From NCBI GenBank assembly GCA_054661495.1, contig BAAFSQ010000309.1, positions 1-11,398 of the forward strand: 11,398 nucleotides of DNA, in the 5' to 3' direction. How positions within the stretch are numbered: position 1 is the stretch's first letter; every line of letters begins with the position of its first letter. The stretch comes from Zygophlyctis sp. KS116 (Eukaryota > Fungi > Chytridiomycota). The position numbers were made by a program, and so were the translations under genes. Positions 10,453-11,398 of the stretch are shown here, one piece after another. The notes beneath the pieces were generated by a model. The model was not told where the DNA came from. It searched no databases and saw only the letters and a program-made list of their open reading frames with translations.

Positions 10453-10664
10453 TGTAATGCATTCGTCTTGATTGCGTTACCTTGTCCGCAGATAATCGAT
10501 TACGCAATTTTGTGTGAATAAATCTTTCAGTTGAAAAGTTTCGTTCAGACTCAGCACCAGATGGAACAAGAGAAAAAATCCGCATAGCCAGTTTTCTTTA
10601 ATCAGGCCAACTTTTTTTACTGACCACCATTCAAAACCGTGTGTGCACCTTCCATTAACTTCTT
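10453..10664 (-). pseudogene. Second, distinct hAT transposase fragment B (C-terminal dimerisation domain)
   Basis: The - strand with frameshifts reads KKLMEGAHTV / FEWWSVKK / WPD*RKLAMRIFSLVPSGAESERNFSTERFIHTKLRNRLSADKV / IKTNA. This matches the canonical WW...P.L..LA.RI.S...S....ERNFS...IH.K.RNRL pattern. It is not in the ORF track. Confidence 0.85.
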
Positions 10665-10763
10665 ATACATGTGTTTGGGCTTTAACGATTATAAAATTTT
10701 ATAGATTGGAATTGGCGTTTTGAAGGCCATCATGGTTTGGTATTAAAAATCATCTCCAGAGTT

Positions 10764-10778
10764 AAAAAAAGGTAAAAA
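10764..10778 (-). terminator. RNA polymerase III oligo-T terminator for tRNA copy 2
   Basis: Same T5 and T7 runs as copy 1. Confidence 0.75.
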
Positions 10779-10786
10779 TAATTGTA

Positions 10787-10858
10787 CTCTCAGTCGGGGA
10801 ATTGAACCCCGGTCTTCCGCGTGACAGGCGGAGATACTAGCCACTATACTAACTAAGA
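10787..10858 (-). tRNA. tRNA-Asp (GTC), copy 2
   Basis: Identical to 7124-7195. Confidence 0.97.
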
Positions 10859-10867
10859 AGAGCCCTG

Positions 10868-11180
10868 TGTTAGAGTCTGAGAAATTCCACTTTTTAATAA
10901 ACTTTAACTATGTATATTCCACTACAAATCTACTCCCAAATACTATCTATTTGGACTAACAACTTGAACGTCAAAGAATCCCTGGTTCTTGAGCAACAAA
11001 CACAAATTTATTACCTGGTTCTTGAGCAACAAACACAAATTTATTACAAGAACCAAGCTTTCCACCAAATTCGTAAATGATCAGTCTAAGCACACAAATT
11101 CAACAAGCATAAAGCAGCTGAGATCCTTAGTCACTACGGTTTGGGCCATAGAAGCCTAAGGAGTAGGGCAATCTGTAACA
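10868..11180 (-). repeat. 313-bp 3' LTR
   Basis: On the - strand it starts TGTTACAG (11180), 1 nt after the PPT, and ends CTCTAACA (10868); the terminal inverted repeat matches 7/8. The second LTR is outside the window, so the left boundary is inferred (10866 is also possible). Confidence 0.8.
10981..11046 (+). repeat. Perfect 33-bp tandem duplication inside the LTR
   Basis: CCTGGTTCTTGAGCAACAAACACAAATTTATTA occurs twice (10981-11013 and 11014-11046). Confidence 0.95.
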
Positions 11181-11398
11181 ACTCCTCCCTCTCTACTAAG
11201 AGAGCCCCTTTCCGCTCGTACACCACCATGAGCGGAGTTCATATGATTATTATAATAAAAATTACTAAGATCTTTTGAATCGTAATGTCGAAGGTCGTCC
11301 TGGTGAACTGGTACTTTTAAAGGGTCTCCATTTGGCAGCATTAACCGATATAAAGAATTCTCAAGCCTCTCTGTAACAATATATGGCCCAGTAAACTT
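11156..11398 (-). CDS. Gypsy pol/integrase C-terminus (partial)
   Basis: The frame is open from the window edge: KFTGPYIVTERLENSLYRLMLPNGDPLKVPVHQDDLRHY (GPY/F, SH3-like module), then a 42-aa tail that reads through the PPT and stops inside the LTR. No chromodomain is present. Confidence 0.88.
   Translation of the reverse strand, partial: KFTGPYIVTERLENSLYRLMLPNGDPLKVPVHQDDLRHYDSKDLSNFYYNNHMNSAHGGVRAERGSLSREGGVVTDCPTP
11182..11194 (-). other. Polypurine tract (plus-strand primer)
   Basis: AGAGAGGGAGGAG on the - strand, followed by T and then the LTR start TG. Confidence 0.85.

Larger units (their letters stand above)
10665..10861 (+). repeat. 197-bp direct repeat, copy 2
   Basis: Identical by eye to 7002-7198. 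Confidence 0.95.
10868..11398 (-). mobile_element. 3' end of a Ty3/Gypsy LTR retrotransposon (integrase C-terminus, PPT, 3' LTR); continues off the right edge
   Basis: An integrase GPY/F module lies directly before the PPT and LTR, so integrase is the last pol domain (Gypsy order). Confidence 0.9.

Noticed and set aside
10981-11046. 33-bp repeats as a CRISPR array
   Set aside because: There are only two adjacent units with no spacers, inside an LTR of a eukaryotic genome.

Overview
Eukaryotic, AT-rich DNA. It most likely comes from a zoosporic (flagellated) fungus such as a chytrid; this is inferred from a fungal-style RICTOR gene, an axonemal SPEF2 gene and very short GT-AG introns. The left 6.9 kb holds two divergently transcribed host genes only 159 bp apart: a RICTOR/Avo3/Ste20-like TORC2 subunit (- strand, runs off the left edge) and a complete SPEF2/CPC1-like central-pair protein (+ strand, about 1666 aa). 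I reconstructed 17 introns in SPEF2 by hand, all 25-32 nt. The right 4.4 kb is a tRNA-associated transposon cluster. Two identical tRNA-Asp(GTC) genes lie inside a perfect 197-bp direct repeat (7002-7198 and 10665-10861). The repeats bracket about 3.46 kb of decayed, nested elements: a hAT-like transposase split by a truncated APE-RT LINE, a 147-bp solo LTR with a 5-bp TSD inside that LINE, and a second hAT C-terminal fragment on the opposite strand. A Ty3/Gypsy element (GPY/F integrase tail, PPT, 313-bp LTR, no chromodomain) ends 9 bp upstream of the second tRNA, the geometry expected of a Pol III/tRNA-targeting retrotransposon. All calls come from manual translation and motif recognition; no database search was run.
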